Assembly: GCA_963169695.1 (NCBI GenBank) | Contig: CAUJDS010000011.1 | Coordinates: 57,001-121,000, forward strand | DNA: 64,000 nucleotides | Source of the DNA: Bdellovibrionota bacterium | Lineage (GTDB): Bacteria; Bdellovibrionota; UBA1018; CAUJDS01 | Direction of reading: 5' to 3' | The notes under the pieces: generated by a model | Database searches by the model: none | The model's input: the letters and a program-made list of their open reading frames with translations, nothing else | What the model was told of the DNA's origin: nothing | Translations under genes and position numbers: made by a program | Shown: positions 1 to 9,981 of the stretch, piece after piece | How the letters are laid out: the number at the start of each line of letters is the position of its first letter | Numbering within the stretch: position 1 is the first letter of the stretch

Positions 1-655
1 CACTAGCCATCAAGCTGCCCCAGGAACTCATCGGTGCCTGAACACCCAGACCTAAGTAGCTCAAAAAAGCTTCCAAAAGCATCACACTCGGAATCGTCAA
101 TGTCGTGTAAGCGACAATAGGCCCAAGGATATTGGGAAGAATATGGAGAAATAAAATTCGAAAATGACTAAAGCCAAATCCCTTGAGGTTCAGTACAAAC
201 TCCGCCTGCCTTACTTGGGCAACTTGTCCCCGTACAACACGAGCCATCGTCAACCACTCCACGGCACCAATTGCCAGAAAAAGGAGGAGCAAGTGCCGAC
301 CAAAAACTACCGTCAGCAGAATAATAAATATAATAAAGGGCAAAGCATAGAGTGCGTCTGCGATTCGCATCATCAAGCTATCGATTTTTCCACCACAATA
401 GCCGGCTAGACCTCCCCAGATAACGCCGATTACGAGAGAAACAAAAGTTGCAGCAAACCCCACCAGAAAGCTAATGCGAGCACCTACTAGGATGCGAGCC
501 AGGAGATCCCTCCCAAGCGTATCGGTCCCCATCCAGTGCTCCCACGAAGGCGGCGTTGCGCCTAAGTTGAGTGACTGCTGATCAAAGGTGTGGGTAGCAA
601 AAAGAGGCCCAATCCCTGCAAGAAGCATGAGGGCAAAGAGGGTCCAAAGACTCAT
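1..655 (-). CDS. oppC: Oligopeptide/dipeptide ABC transporter permease, OppC/DppC-like. Partial: the C-terminal part runs off the window start.
   Basis: Manual minus-strand translation gives ...PPSWEHWMGTDTLGRDLLARILVGARISFLVGF...ILPNILGPIVAYTTLTIPSVMLLEAFLSYLGLGVQAP, the classic OppC/DppC signature. The only canonical start is an ATG at about 655. The track's 164..409 plus-strand ORF lies antisense inside this gene. Confidence 0.8.
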   Translation of the reverse strand, partial: MSLWTLFALMLLAGIGPLFATHTFDQQSLNLGATPPSWEHWMGTDTLGRDLLARILVGARISFLVGFAATFVSLVIGVIWGGLAGYCGGKIDSLMMRIADALYALPFIIFIILLTVVFGRHLLLLFLAIGAVEWLTMARVVRGQVAQVRQAEFVLNLKGFGFSHFRILFLHILPNILGPIVAYTTLTIPSVMLLEAFLSYLGLGVQAPMSSWGSLMAS

Positions 656-693
656 CCACGCGAGTGGATGCCGTGTTCGAAAAGCTCGAAGCC

Positions 694-1647
694 CTAAGAT
701 AGATCGCCTCCTTCTTGCAGTCGAATCCTTGGATTCATCGCCATTTGAAGAAAGTCCGAGAGCATATTGAAAGTTACTACCAGAACCGAAAGAAAAACGG
801 TGGTACCGAGAATCATCGTATAATCCCGATTGAATGCAGCTTGAACATAGAATCGACCTAGTCCAGGAATCTGAAACAAAGTCTCCACGACAAAAGACCC
901 TGACAATAGTGCTGCGGCTGCAGGCCCGAGAAAATTCATCACCGGGATCAGAGCGGTGCGAAGCGTATGTCCAATGAGTATCGCTCCTTCACTCAGTCCT
1001 TTTGCTCGTGCGGTGCGAATATAGTCTTCGCGTTGCGTTTCCACGATTCCAGTGCGCATCAATCGCGCGAGGTAGGACGCATAAACGGATCCGAGTGTAA
1101 TCACCGGTAAGATTTTGGAAGCTGGGGAATCCCAACCCGATACCGGGACCCAGCCCAACTTCATTCCGAAAATCCAAACGAGCAATGGCCCCAAAAGAAA
1201 GGACGGAAGACCCATCCCTAGTAGCGACATGCCCATTGCCAAACGGTCCTGCCAAGTTCCTTCGTGGGTCCCCGCCCAAATCCCCAAAGTAAGTCCTATG
1301 ACCATTGCGTAGAATAAAGCATAAACGCCCAGCTCAAACGTTATCCAAACTCCAGCTTCGATCAGCTGATTGACACTTCGATCCGACCGAATAAAGGAAG
1401 GTCCGAGATCACCATGAAGGATGCGCCCGAGGTAGTTGGTATATTGCTGAAAGACGGGTTGATCCAGGTGATAGGTTTCAAGAAGTTTTTCTTGAACCTC
1501 GGCGGGCAAATTTCGATCGCGGTCAAAAGGCCCCCCCGGCGCCAATCGAATCAAGAAAAAGGTCAAACTAATCACAAACCCCAGGACCAAAACACCTTGA
1601 AGAACCCTTCGTATCGCCCATTGAATCAAAGCAGGGCTCCCTTCCAA
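694..1647 (-). CDS. oppB: Oligopeptide ABC transporter permease, OppB/DppB-like.
   Basis: 317 aa. Multi-TM binding-protein-dependent permease fold with a ...RTARAKGLSEGAILIGHTLRTALIPVM... EAA-like loop. It sits between oppA and oppC. Confidence 0.85.
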   Translation of the reverse strand: MEGSPALIQWAIRRVLQGVLVLGFVISLTFFLIRLAPGGPFDRDRNLPAEVQEKLLETYHLDQPVFQQYTNYLGRILHGDLGPSFIRSDRSVNQLIEAGVWITFELGVYALFYAMVIGLTLGIWAGTHEGTWQDRLAMGMSLLGMGLPSFLLGPLLVWIFGMKLGWVPVSGWDSPASKILPVITLGSVYASYLARLMRTGIVETQREDYIRTARAKGLSEGAILIGHTLRTALIPVMNFLGPAAAALLSGSFVVETLFQIPGLGRFYVQAAFNRDYTMILGTTVFLSVLVVTFNMLSDFLQMAMNPRIRLQEGGDLS

Positions 1648-1653
1648 AAGTTG

Positions 1654-3291
1654 CTATGGAGCGGGAGGCTTGAGCCAAAGGTACTTGGCGGGATGACGGT
1701 CCAGCAACTGGGGATCATGGCCTTGGACTTCAGGTCGCAAAAGATACGCACGAGTATAATAATAGACAGGAATGACAGGAACTTCATCCATTAAGAGCGC
1801 TTCCATCTTTTCAAATAGCGCATTGCGCCGCTCCTCTTTCATCTCTACTTCGGTTTCCTTCAACCATTGAGAGTACCGAGGGTTCGACCAACCCGTAAAA
1901 TTATTTCCACCATCTTTGACGAAGAGCTCCAGAAAGGTGCCTGGGTCCATGTAGTCACCAATCCAAGAAGCGCGTGCAATGGTGTACTTTCCTTGCTTGC
2001 GTGAAGCTAAGTAGACCTTCCAATCTTGATTCACCAATTCAACGCGGATGCCTAGGTTCTTCAGCCACATCTGCTGAACAGCCTCCGACATCGTTCGATG
2101 CTCTTCTCCCGAGTTGTAGAGGAGTTCAATGGACGGAAAGCCCTTGCCACCCGGGTAACCAGCTTCCGCCAAAAGCTGTCGCGCTCGATCGACATCATAA
2201 GGAAGCTGCGTCTTCGGCACATACCTTCCAATTCCTGGAGGCGTAAAGGAGTCGGCCGGCTTTTGACCGGCCTTCAAAAGGTGCTCCACAAAACCCTTTC
2301 GATCAAATGCCAAGCTCAGGGCTTGTCGAACGCGTTTGTCATTGAGCGGCTTTTGAGCCGTATTCAACATGTAATAGAAAATTCCCAAATACGGCTCGAT
2401 CCTCAAATAGGTTGAGTTTTCACTCCGATAGGCTTCTACTTTGTGAAGGGGTAAGCTCTCCGTCTTATGAAGGGCTCCCGAACGAAACATTCGTTCCTCC
2501 GTCTGACGACTGTCGATTGGATAAAATCGAATCTCTTTCAAGCGAACCATCGAAGCATCCCAATAGTGAGGATTGGCCTTCGCGACCAACACTTTATTCA
2601 AATCCCATTGAGCCAACTGGAAGGGTCCGTTGCTTACCAGATTTCCAGGTTGCGTCCATTTGCCGTCACGGGCCAATGGACCGCCAAAGGACTCGATAGA
2701 ACCCCGATGCAAGGGATACGTTGGATAGAACTTGAGGATCTCAAGAAAAAAAGGCGTGGGATGCTCTAGAGTGACTTCGAGACTTTGCGGACTAAGAGCT
2801 TTCACTCCCACTTGCGCAAAATCCTTCAAGGAGCCGTCATAAAAAGCTCGTCCATTCTTCAAATGAAAAAGCAAATAAGCATACTCCGCGCCGAGATCTC
2901 TTGTAAGCAATCGTTTCCAGGCAAAAACGAAGTCCTCCGGCACGACCGCGTCCCCATTCGACCACTTCGCGTTTGACTGAAATTCAAAGGTATAAACTTT
3001 ACCGTCTTTAGAGATCCGCCATGACTGGGCTACTCCGGGCAATAGGCCGAGGCCCTTAGGATCTTCTCCGATCAGGCCCTCAAACAAAGTCGAAATCACA
3101 TGATCTTCTGGCACTCCAGTTACGCGATGAGGATCCAATCCAGAGATTTCGGACCCATTTCCTACCGCATAAATTTGATCTCGAGTGAGTTGCGCCAAAT
3201 CATTCTGGCTCCCACCCTGACAACTCACCAACATCGAAACCAAAACTAAAATCCATTTGAGACTATTTTTTTGCATAAATATAGAAATCAA
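1654..3291 (-). CDS. oppA: Peptide ABC transporter substrate-binding protein (family 5 SBP, OppA-like).
   Basis: 545 aa with a signal peptide. SBP_bac_5-like composition throughout. First gene of the opp operon on the minus strand. Confidence 0.8.
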   Translation of the reverse strand: MISIFMQKNSLKWILVLVSMLVSCQGGSQNDLAQLTRDQIYAVGNGSEISGLDPHRVTGVPEDHVISTLFEGLIGEDPKGLGLLPGVAQSWRISKDGKVYTFEFQSNAKWSNGDAVVPEDFVFAWKRLLTRDLGAEYAYLLFHLKNGRAFYDGSLKDFAQVGVKALSPQSLEVTLEHPTPFFLEILKFYPTYPLHRGSIESFGGPLARDGKWTQPGNLVSNGPFQLAQWDLNKVLVAKANPHYWDASMVRLKEIRFYPIDSRQTEERMFRSGALHKTESLPLHKVEAYRSENSTYLRIEPYLGIFYYMLNTAQKPLNDKRVRQALSLAFDRKGFVEHLLKAGQKPADSFTPPGIGRYVPKTQLPYDVDRARQLLAEAGYPGGKGFPSIELLYNSGEEHRTMSEAVQQMWLKNLGIRVELVNQDWKVYLASRKQGKYTIARASWIGDYMDPGTFLELFVKDGGNNFTGWSNPRYSQWLKETEVEMKEERRNALFEKMEALLMDEVPVIPVYYYTRAYLLRPEVQGHDPQLLDRHPAKYLWLKPPAP

Positions 3292-4597
3292 AATACGGCT
3301 GAAGGTCTACCGATATCCGCTCCTGCAGAAACGCTTGAAACATTTCTGTGCTAATCGACTGATACGCGTAAGTCTGCACAAACTCTCTCAAAACCGGAAT
3401 CAAACCATCCAGCGAAGTATGTTTCGCAAAGAGTCGATCCAATTTTGAAAAGAAGACCGATCCTACATCATAAGCATAAATCGATGTATCCCGCTTGTAC
3501 GGAGAGAACCCCGAAAGCTTCTCATGAAGTCCCTTGAGTGCTTCGTCCTTAGCCCTCGGATATCCATTGTCTCTCCAACGTGCCAATCCTTCATCAATCC
3601 AGCCAGAATTGCCGCTGCGGGGTCGCACGCCTCGCGCGTACCACGAATGAAACATTTCATGCGACAGTGCCCAAACCGAGCTATCGGTCGCACCACCATA
3701 TTCCATTCCGCCTCCAGCGGGTGTGACATGTCCCACAAATTTTTCAAAAAGATAGGGTCCAAAGTTGGATTCAATTTCTGCGAAATACCCTGGGGCGAGT
3801 TTTGCGGCGCTGCGAACCTCTCCTGCATCACGGCTATAAAACGTCAATGGTACCTCATGGCCCTCGCTGACTACTTTTACTGTTTCAAAGTTGTAGAATC
3901 GGGGATCCAGGAGGTGAAAGAAAAAACTCGACGACGAAAAAAACTCAGGAAACTGTATGACATACGCTAAGTCCGAAACTCTCGTGACTCGACCATTGGA
4001 TATCACTCGATGAGGAGTCTTGAGTCCTTCTATTTCGATGCGTAGCTCGAAGGGATAATCATCCCACTCCATATTAGATGGAAAATACCTTTCCATGTAG
4101 CCGCGGCCGAAGACATTGCCGTCCAAATTCCGGTCACTCATGCGATTCATAAAGTCTACATTTGAGGCGCCAAAGACTAAATTCGCACTTGCCTTCAAAG
4201 AATGAGTGATTCGTAACTGATGTTTTCCTTGGGCTGTCGGCTCAGGGAGCCTTCGAAACAGGGTAACTTTGTCTGGATCCGACACTTCAAGAACCTTGTT
4301 TCCTGGTGAGAAAGTACCGTCAATTTCATAGGTCAAAAGTGAAGGAACCAAATCAAATAGCGCATAGCCATCTTCCGCTTGATAGAAGTCGATTACAGTT
4401 TCTACAAAAGCCACTCGCTTAGAAAAATCAATCCTCAACCTAGAATGCGAACTCAAAATATCAATAAAGACCGACTTTTGACCGTCAATTGAGAAAGCCG
4501 GAGGTGCCTTTTTGAGATCTTCTTGCGCGTTGGCAATGGATCCCATCGCAAAGGCAAAACAAAGGACCGCCCAAATTTTTTTAATTCTTAGCCCCAT
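3263..4597 (-). CDS. Secreted zinc metallopeptidase, M1-family-like (HEXXH-W).
   Basis: N-terminal signal peptide (MGLRIKKIWAVLCFAFAMGSIANA). HEMFHSWYARGV zinc-binding motif resembling the M1 HEXXHXW signature. 444 aa. Confidence 0.6.
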   Translation of the reverse strand: MGLRIKKIWAVLCFAFAMGSIANAQEDLKKAPPAFSIDGQKSVFIDILSSHSRLRIDFSKRVAFVETVIDFYQAEDGYALFDLVPSLLTYEIDGTFSPGNKVLEVSDPDKVTLFRRLPEPTAQGKHQLRITHSLKASANLVFGASNVDFMNRMSDRNLDGNVFGRGYMERYFPSNMEWDDYPFELRIEIEGLKTPHRVISNGRVTRVSDLAYVIQFPEFFSSSSFFFHLLDPRFYNFETVKVVSEGHEVPLTFYSRDAGEVRSAAKLAPGYFAEIESNFGPYLFEKFVGHVTPAGGGMEYGGATDSSVWALSHEMFHSWYARGVRPRSGNSGWIDEGLARWRDNGYPRAKDEALKGLHEKLSGFSPYKRDTSIYAYDVGSVFFSKLDRLFAKHTSLDGLIPVLREFVQTYAYQSISTEMFQAFLQERISVDLQPYFDFYIYAKK

Positions 4598-4623
4598 GAA
4601 TCCCCCCTAGAAAGCTTCGTGAA

Positions 4624-5670
4624 CTATGGTTTCACCAAACTCTTTCTTTCGTTATCACGACCCATGCAGAGCAAGAAGGGGTTTTCACATTGACGCGCTT
4701 GGAACTCCGACTTTGAACGCAATCCTAACCAACGCTCTTGGACAAGGACTTGACCAATGGATCCGCCCAACGTTCCACCGGGTCCTAAGAGGACCAGATG
4801 ATCGGGCGCAAATTCCTTCAAACCAACCACCAGCGATTTTGTAAAATCATATGGCTCAAGGACTTGCGTTCGCAGCGTATAGCCCCTCAACGCTTCGGGA
4901 TCGGTGCTTTCTGGATACCAAATCGCACCCCTTCCATCGATGATTGGCATCGTTGGCGACTGAAATAAATCCGAAGGCAGTGCAGACAAACCTCTTTCAG
5001 AAACACTCTCCAATAGTGGTGTATGAAACGCAGCATGATGAAGCAATCGCATAGGATAGCGAGAATCTTTTTTGGGGAGTGCTTCAGCAATCGCCTTGAG
5101 ACCTGCTTCATTTCCCGCAAGTACCAGCATTCCACCCAAACGAATGGATAAAAAGAGTTCTGCCCCTGGCGTTGCTCGAACCGTCTCCATCTTTTGCATA
5201 ACACTTGCTTCTTCTTCTTTATTGCAAGTCCAATCGTCGTTGCAAACGGGATAAACGATTTGTCCTCCGATGATGCCATCCTTCATCATGGAACCCATGG
5301 TGTTCACCACCGATATCCCTGCATCTCCTTGCAAAGCCCCGGAGGCCGCCAAGGTAAGGTACCACCCCATGGAATTGCCCAAGACAGCAACCACTTCGTA
5401 TCGCTCGGAATCTAATTCAAAAAAATCCACCATTGAGCATGCATAAATCAAAGCGGACGCATTTTCTCCGGGAGTATGAAGCGCAGACTGAAATGAAGAA
5501 GCACTATCAAGGTCTTGGACTTTCGGCTGACCCTGTTGGGTGCGATACGCATCTACCGAACTCAAAAATGCCTGATACTTCTGCGCGTATTTTTTGAGGT
5601 AGCCCAATTCTTCTCGATTATAGGATCCTCGTCCGGGACAAATCACGACGATTTTTTTTCTTTGGCTCAC
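4624..5670 (-). CDS. Acyltransferase-domain protein, FabD (malonyl-CoA:ACP transacylase)-like fold.
   Basis: VVICPGRGSY... aligns with the FabD FVFPGQGSQ. VLGNSMGWYLTLAASG aligns with the GHSLGE nucleophile elbow (H->N). LLHHAAFHTP aligns with the FabD His201 region. Confidence 0.55.
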   Translation of the reverse strand: MSQRKKIVVICPGRGSYNREELGYLKKYAQKYQAFLSSVDAYRTQQGQPKVQDLDSASSFQSALHTPGENASALIYACSMVDFFELDSERYEVVAVLGNSMGWYLTLAASGALQGDAGISVVNTMGSMMKDGIIGGQIVYPVCNDDWTCNKEEEASVMQKMETVRATPGAELFLSIRLGGMLVLAGNEAGLKAIAEALPKKDSRYPMRLLHHAAFHTPLLESVSERGLSALPSDLFQSPTMPIIDGRGAIWYPESTDPEALRGYTLRTQVLEPYDFTKSLVVGLKEFAPDHLVLLGPGGTLGGSIGQVLVQERWLGLRSKSEFQARQCENPFLLCMGRDNERKSLVKP

Positions 5671-7901
5671 GGCTTGATCTCCAGAATTTCACAAATCTTT
5701 TTAGCAATACTTTCTTTACTTGGAAGTCCACTGGTTGCCGCAACTCCGAGCGGTATAAAACAGTCTTCCGCAGCCTCGCGATGCAATCGAGGCCCTCGCG
5801 GCAGTCGCTCTGCCAGCATGGCCATCAATCCTTCACTTAAGGATCCTGTTCTTCGACATTCCTCAACCATCAAGACATGCTTATCCTGCGCAACCAACTC
5901 ACAAAGTTCTTTTTCTCGAATCGGAGCAATCCATCGAAGGTCCACGATACGAAGTTTAACTTGTGCAACCTGCTTGAGGTGATCAGCTGCTTGTCGTGTA
6001 AGAAAGGTTCCATTCGCATAGGTAATCACGGTAAGGTCAGGCTTGGTTCCCGGATGAGTTTCGTAGATGCCAAATTCTCCAATTTGAATTTCCTCATTGC
6101 CAAAGGGATCGGGGTAATAATCGGCCCACAAATCATCGCCTTTTTCGTGAAGGTCCCTGGTCATATAGAGCGCAATGGGTTCAATGAACACGACCACGCG
6201 CTGATCGCAAACAGCGGCCTTTGCGCAAGAACGCAACATCAACGCCGCATCCCGACCCCGAGAAGGGGTTGCTATGATCAAGCCAGGAATGTCACGTAAA
6301 ACAGCCAAAGAATTATCGTTATGAAAATGCCCGCCGAATCCTTTCTGATAAGCTAATCCCGCTATTCTTAAGACCATCGGATTGGTGTAAAGCCCTTGCG
6401 AAAAAAAGGGCAGTGTCGAAGCTTCGCCTCGAATCTGGTCCTCGGCATTGTGGAGGTACGCCAAGAACTGAATTTCAGGAATAGGCACCATTCCATTGTG
6501 GGCCATACCCATTGCTGCACCCAGAATGCTGGTTTCATCTAATGCTGTATCAAAGACCCTCTTTAAGCCAAATTTTGATTGAAGGCCCGAAGTGATTCCA
6601 TAGACTCCGCCCTTCTTTCCAACATCTTCTCCAAAGAGAACTGTTTGTGGATACTTCGCCATCAAATCAGCCAGCCCCCATGTCAAATGCTTCGAAAGCG
6701 GCTGCTTCTCTCCAAGCGACTTGGCCTCTTTGGCAAAGAGCGCGGGACGCTGAGCCTGGAGCGTCTCGAGTGGAACACTCAGCACTTTCTTGAGGGAGGG
6801 AGGCAGGATGCTCTCCATTACCGCCTGCGACGTTCTCAATTTTGGACGCGTGATGGCCACTTCAGCCACACGCTCCATTTGTTTGCGCGTTTTTTCGTAG
6901 AGTTCAACGATCGCTTCTTTAGACAGCAATCCGTTCTCTAATACCAATCGCGCACTATGCAAGAGCGGATCCTGTTCTTCCGTTTCAAGAATTTGCTGCT
7001 GGGAATGGTAGGTGGATTCAATGTCAGAGCCCGCATGGGCAAGCAGCCGCACAGCTCGAAAATGCAGAAAAGCCGGCTTGCGAAAAGTCCTGACATAGTA
7101 CTCTACTTCGCGCGCAACTCGTGCCGTATCCAGAAGGCTAAGCCCGTCACACGCAAAGTACTTCATGACTCCACGCTTGGAGAATGCCTGTCCAATCCAC
7201 CCCTGGGGTGTCGGTACGGATATCCCAATCCCATTGTCCTCGCAGACAAAGACCAAAGGCAGCGGAATCCCCTGATAAGCAATCCACTCCGCTTGATTGA
7301 AGGCGGTTTGTGCAGTGGCATGATTGGATGAAGCATCTCCAAAACTACAAACCACAACTCCGTCATGCGGAATAACCGGCTCTAGTTTCAACTGACGGGA
7401 TCGCGCAATAGAATAGGCGGCGCCCACTGCCTTGGGCAGATGACTGGCAATGGTCGAGGTTTGGGGCGGTATGGACAAAGCCTTACTTCCAAAAACTTTA
7501 TGTCGCCCGCCTGAAATCGGATCCTCGGAAGAAGCCACAAAAGAGAGCATCAAATCATAGGTCGGCGTCGTACCCGGAACTTGCTTGCTACGCTGAGTAA
7601 AAAACGCGCCACTGCGATAATGCAGAAATGCCATATCGCTCGGCCGAAAGGCTTGGGCAATGGCTGCGTTTCCCTCATGCCCCGCACTACCAATGGTGTA
7701 AAATGATTCACCCCTCGCACGAAGCTTGCGGGCAAGCAGGTCACCATGACGACTCATGATCTGAGTGTGAAACAGGTCCACCAACTGGTAAGGGCTGAGC
7801 CCACTTTCGTCCAATGAAGTGGATGAGAGCGGGATAGGAAATTGCTCTTCCAGAACGGTTTTTTTAAAAGCTTCATCGACCGCATCTGCACGATTGATCA
7901 T
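5667..7901 (-). CDS. Fused TPP-dependent 2-oxoacid dehydrogenase E1 component (alpha+beta in one 744-aa chain).
   Basis: The N-terminal half has an E1-alpha TPP-binding region (GDASSNHATAQTAFN..., EDNGIGISVPT). The C-terminal half has transketolase-like pyrimidine-binding and C-terminal domains (GEDVGKKGGVYGITSGL...). The length matches the fused alpha/beta E1 family. Confidence 0.75.
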   Translation of the reverse strand: MINRADAVDEAFKKTVLEEQFPIPLSSTSLDESGLSPYQLVDLFHTQIMSRHGDLLARKLRARGESFYTIGSAGHEGNAAIAQAFRPSDMAFLHYRSGAFFTQRSKQVPGTTPTYDLMLSFVASSEDPISGGRHKVFGSKALSIPPQTSTIASHLPKAVGAAYSIARSRQLKLEPVIPHDGVVVCSFGDASSNHATAQTAFNQAEWIAYQGIPLPLVFVCEDNGIGISVPTPQGWIGQAFSKRGVMKYFACDGLSLLDTARVAREVEYYVRTFRKPAFLHFRAVRLLAHAGSDIESTYHSQQQILETEEQDPLLHSARLVLENGLLSKEAIVELYEKTRKQMERVAEVAITRPKLRTSQAVMESILPPSLKKVLSVPLETLQAQRPALFAKEAKSLGEKQPLSKHLTWGLADLMAKYPQTVLFGEDVGKKGGVYGITSGLQSKFGLKRVFDTALDETSILGAAMGMAHNGMVPIPEIQFLAYLHNAEDQIRGEASTLPFFSQGLYTNPMVLRIAGLAYQKGFGGHFHNDNSLAVLRDIPGLIIATPSRGRDAALMLRSCAKAAVCDQRVVVFIEPIALYMTRDLHEKGDDLWADYYPDPFGNEEIQIGEFGIYETHPGTKPDLTVITYANGTFLTRQAADHLKQVAQVKLRIVDLRWIAPIREKELCELVAQDKHVLMVEECRRTGSLSEGLMAMLAERLPRGPRLHREAAEDCFIPLGVAATSGLPSKESIAKKICEILEIKP

Positions 7902-7956
7902 ACAATAGACGTCCTACTTACGAGATGGTAAACCCTAGTTATCGAGAGGTCTTACT

Positions 7957-9123
7957 GTGGCAAGTTATCAATCTTTAGACTATTTGGAAACCGAGTCCCT
8001 ATTTAATGAAGACGAAATCCTTATTCGCGACTCAGTGCGTGACTATATGGAGTCCAACGTCCTACCCAAACTTCAAGAAGCCAATCGCAAAGAAGAATTT
8101 CCTATGGAAATTGTTCCAGGCATTGCCAAGTTAGGACTCCTTGGCGCCAACCTCAAAGGCTATGGTTGCGCGGGCATAGGGGATGTCGCCTATGGGTTGG
8201 TGATGCAGGAACTTGAGCGAGCCGATAGTGGAGTACGATCCTTTGTGTCCGTTCAAGGTGCGTTAGTCATGTATCCCATTCACACTTATGGCAGCGAGGA
8301 GCAAAAGCAGAAATACCTTCCTCACCTCGCGAGTGGAAAAATGATCGGTTGCTTTGGATTGACGGAGCCCGACTTCGGTTCTGATCCAGGCGGAATGATC
8401 ACGCGAGCCGAAAAGGTTTCTGGCGGCTACAAACTCAATGGCAATAAAATGTGGATCACCAACGGGTGCATTGCGGATGTCGCAGTGGTTTGGGCGAAGC
8501 TCGACGGCAAAGTTCGTGGCTTCTTAGTGGACAAAGGCACCAAGGGATTTTCAACCACGCGTATGAAAGGCAAATTTTCCTTACGAGTCAGCATCACCTC
8601 AGAATTGCATTTTCAAGATTGCGTTGTTCCAGAGACCAACCTCCTTCCTGGCGTCACAGGACTCAAAGGCCCTCTCTCTTGCCTTACTCAAGCTCGACAT
8701 GGAATTGCTTGGGGAGTGATCGGTGCTGCAACAACCTGCTACCAGACGGCCTTGGAATACACCAAGGCTCGCAAAATGTTTGACAAGCCCTTGGCTGGCT
8801 ACCAACTCATTCAAGCCAAGTTGGCTCGTATGGTTCAAGAAATCAGCAAAGCCCAACTCCTCGCTCACCATGTAGGACGACTCAAAGAAAAAGGCAGGCT
8901 TCAACCCCATCATGTTTCGCTCGCCAAGATGAACAACTGCCGAATGGCCCTCGATGTGGCCAGAGACGCAAGAGATATGCTCGGCGCCAATGGAATCATC
9001 GACGAGTATCCAGTGATACGTCATATGATGAATCTTGAGACCGTAAATACTTACGAAGGTACTGAGGACATTCACCGTCTTGTTATCGGTGCTGAAGTGA
9101 CTGGCTTGCCTGCCTATCGATGA
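7957..9123 (+). CDS. gcdH: Glutaryl-CoA dehydrogenase.
   Basis: 388 aa. Near-colinear similarity to eukaryotic and bacterial GCDH across the whole length (GYGCAG..., FGLTEPDFGSDP, GIAWGV, MNLETVNTYEGTEDIH). Confidence 0.9.
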   Translation: MASYQSLDYLETESLFNEDEILIRDSVRDYMESNVLPKLQEANRKEEFPMEIVPGIAKLGLLGANLKGYGCAGIGDVAYGLVMQELERADSGVRSFVSVQGALVMYPIHTYGSEEQKQKYLPHLASGKMIGCFGLTEPDFGSDPGGMITRAEKVSGGYKLNGNKMWITNGCIADVAVVWAKLDGKVRGFLVDKGTKGFSTTRMKGKFSLRVSITSELHFQDCVVPETNLLPGVTGLKGPLSCLTQARHGIAWGVIGAATTCYQTALEYTKARKMFDKPLAGYQLIQAKLARMVQEISKAQLLAHHVGRLKEKGRLQPHHVSLAKMNNCRMALDVARDARDMLGANGIIDEYPVIRHMMNLETVNTYEGTEDIHRLVIGAEVTGLPAYR

Positions 9124-9881
9124 GCGTCTGGCAATTCCTACTTGTTTTTGCTGCCTGCTTCTCGGGAGGCTTTGTGGATGCGATTGCGGGCGGAGGAGGA
9201 CTTCTCTCTTTTCCTGCAATCCTTGCATTGGGACTCACTCCTGCTCAGGTGCTCGGGACCAACAAGCTTATCGCGGCGCCCGGTACTGCAGTCTCTGTTT
9301 GGCGCTTCTATCGCAACCGACTCATTGACCCAAGGATCGCCGGCTTTGCTTTTGCGCTGACACTCTTGGGCTCTTGGCTTGGAGCGGCTGCATCCAGCTT
9401 TCAGACCAAGCGATCGTTCACTATGATACTTTTGGCCGTGATACCTGTCGTAATCTTTCTGAATTACCTCAAAGATCGTCGCAAGCGAGCGGGCCACCCA
9501 AAGCAACTCACAGCGATTCAGATTTCTTGGAGAGCCGCACTCTGTGGATTTGCACTGGGATTCTACGACGGGGTCTTTGGCCCAGGCACTGGGACTTTCT
9601 TGATGATCGCTTTTGTTTTTTCACTCGGCCTAGATTATCGAAGTGCGAGTGTTCAAGCTCGCGTGGTGAACCTTGGATCCAATCTCGCAGCGTTTGTTTT
9701 CTTCTTTTCTCGCGGAGAAATTGTTTGGGCCGTTGGATTGGCTGGCATAGCTGGAGGCATTTCAGGAAACTACCTAGGCAGTGGAATGCTCATGGATCCT
9801 CGCCGCGACCTGGTCAAACCCCTCCTCTACTTTGTCCTTGGACTCTTGATGGTGAAATGCGCATGGGATCTTGTCGGGTAA
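9120..9881 (+). CDS. TSUP family (TauE/SafE, DUF81) anion exporter membrane protein.
   Basis: 253 aa, polytopic. FSGGFVDAIAGGGGLLSFPAL...GTNK motif in both halves. Start overlaps the gcdH stop (ATGA). Confidence 0.8.
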   Translation: MSVWQFLLVFAACFSGGFVDAIAGGGGLLSFPAILALGLTPAQVLGTNKLIAAPGTAVSVWRFYRNRLIDPRIAGFAFALTLLGSWLGAAASSFQTKRSFTMILLAVIPVVIFLNYLKDRRKRAGHPKQLTAIQISWRAALCGFALGFYDGVFGPGTGTFLMIAFVFSLGLDYRSASVQARVVNLGSNLAAFVFFFSRGEIVWAVGLAGIAGGISGNYLGSGMLMDPRRDLVKPLLYFVLGLLMVKCAWDLVG

Positions 9882-9981
9882 TGGGCAGTGCATCGACGAA
9901 GTTAGAAATTTCCGTCATGGAGGCTACCTCCCATTCGCCAAAAAAAAAGACGGGCCTTGATGACCATCGATACCCAATAAA

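Noticed and set aside
164-409. 81-aa plus-strand ORF at the window start.
   Set aside because: It lies entirely antisense within the clearly conserved OppC-like permease reading frame, on the minus strand at 1..655. It has no motif and is an antisense artefact.
989-1279. Numerous 60-170-aa ORFs antisense to, or out of frame within, large conserved genes. Examples are 989..1279, 2098..2415, 8599..9228, 16437..16718, 24572..24856, 33640..33996 and 61934..62278.
   Set aside because: Each is nested inside a longer ORF with clear homology on the other strand or frame. They lack motifs and their composition reflects the host gene's codon bias.
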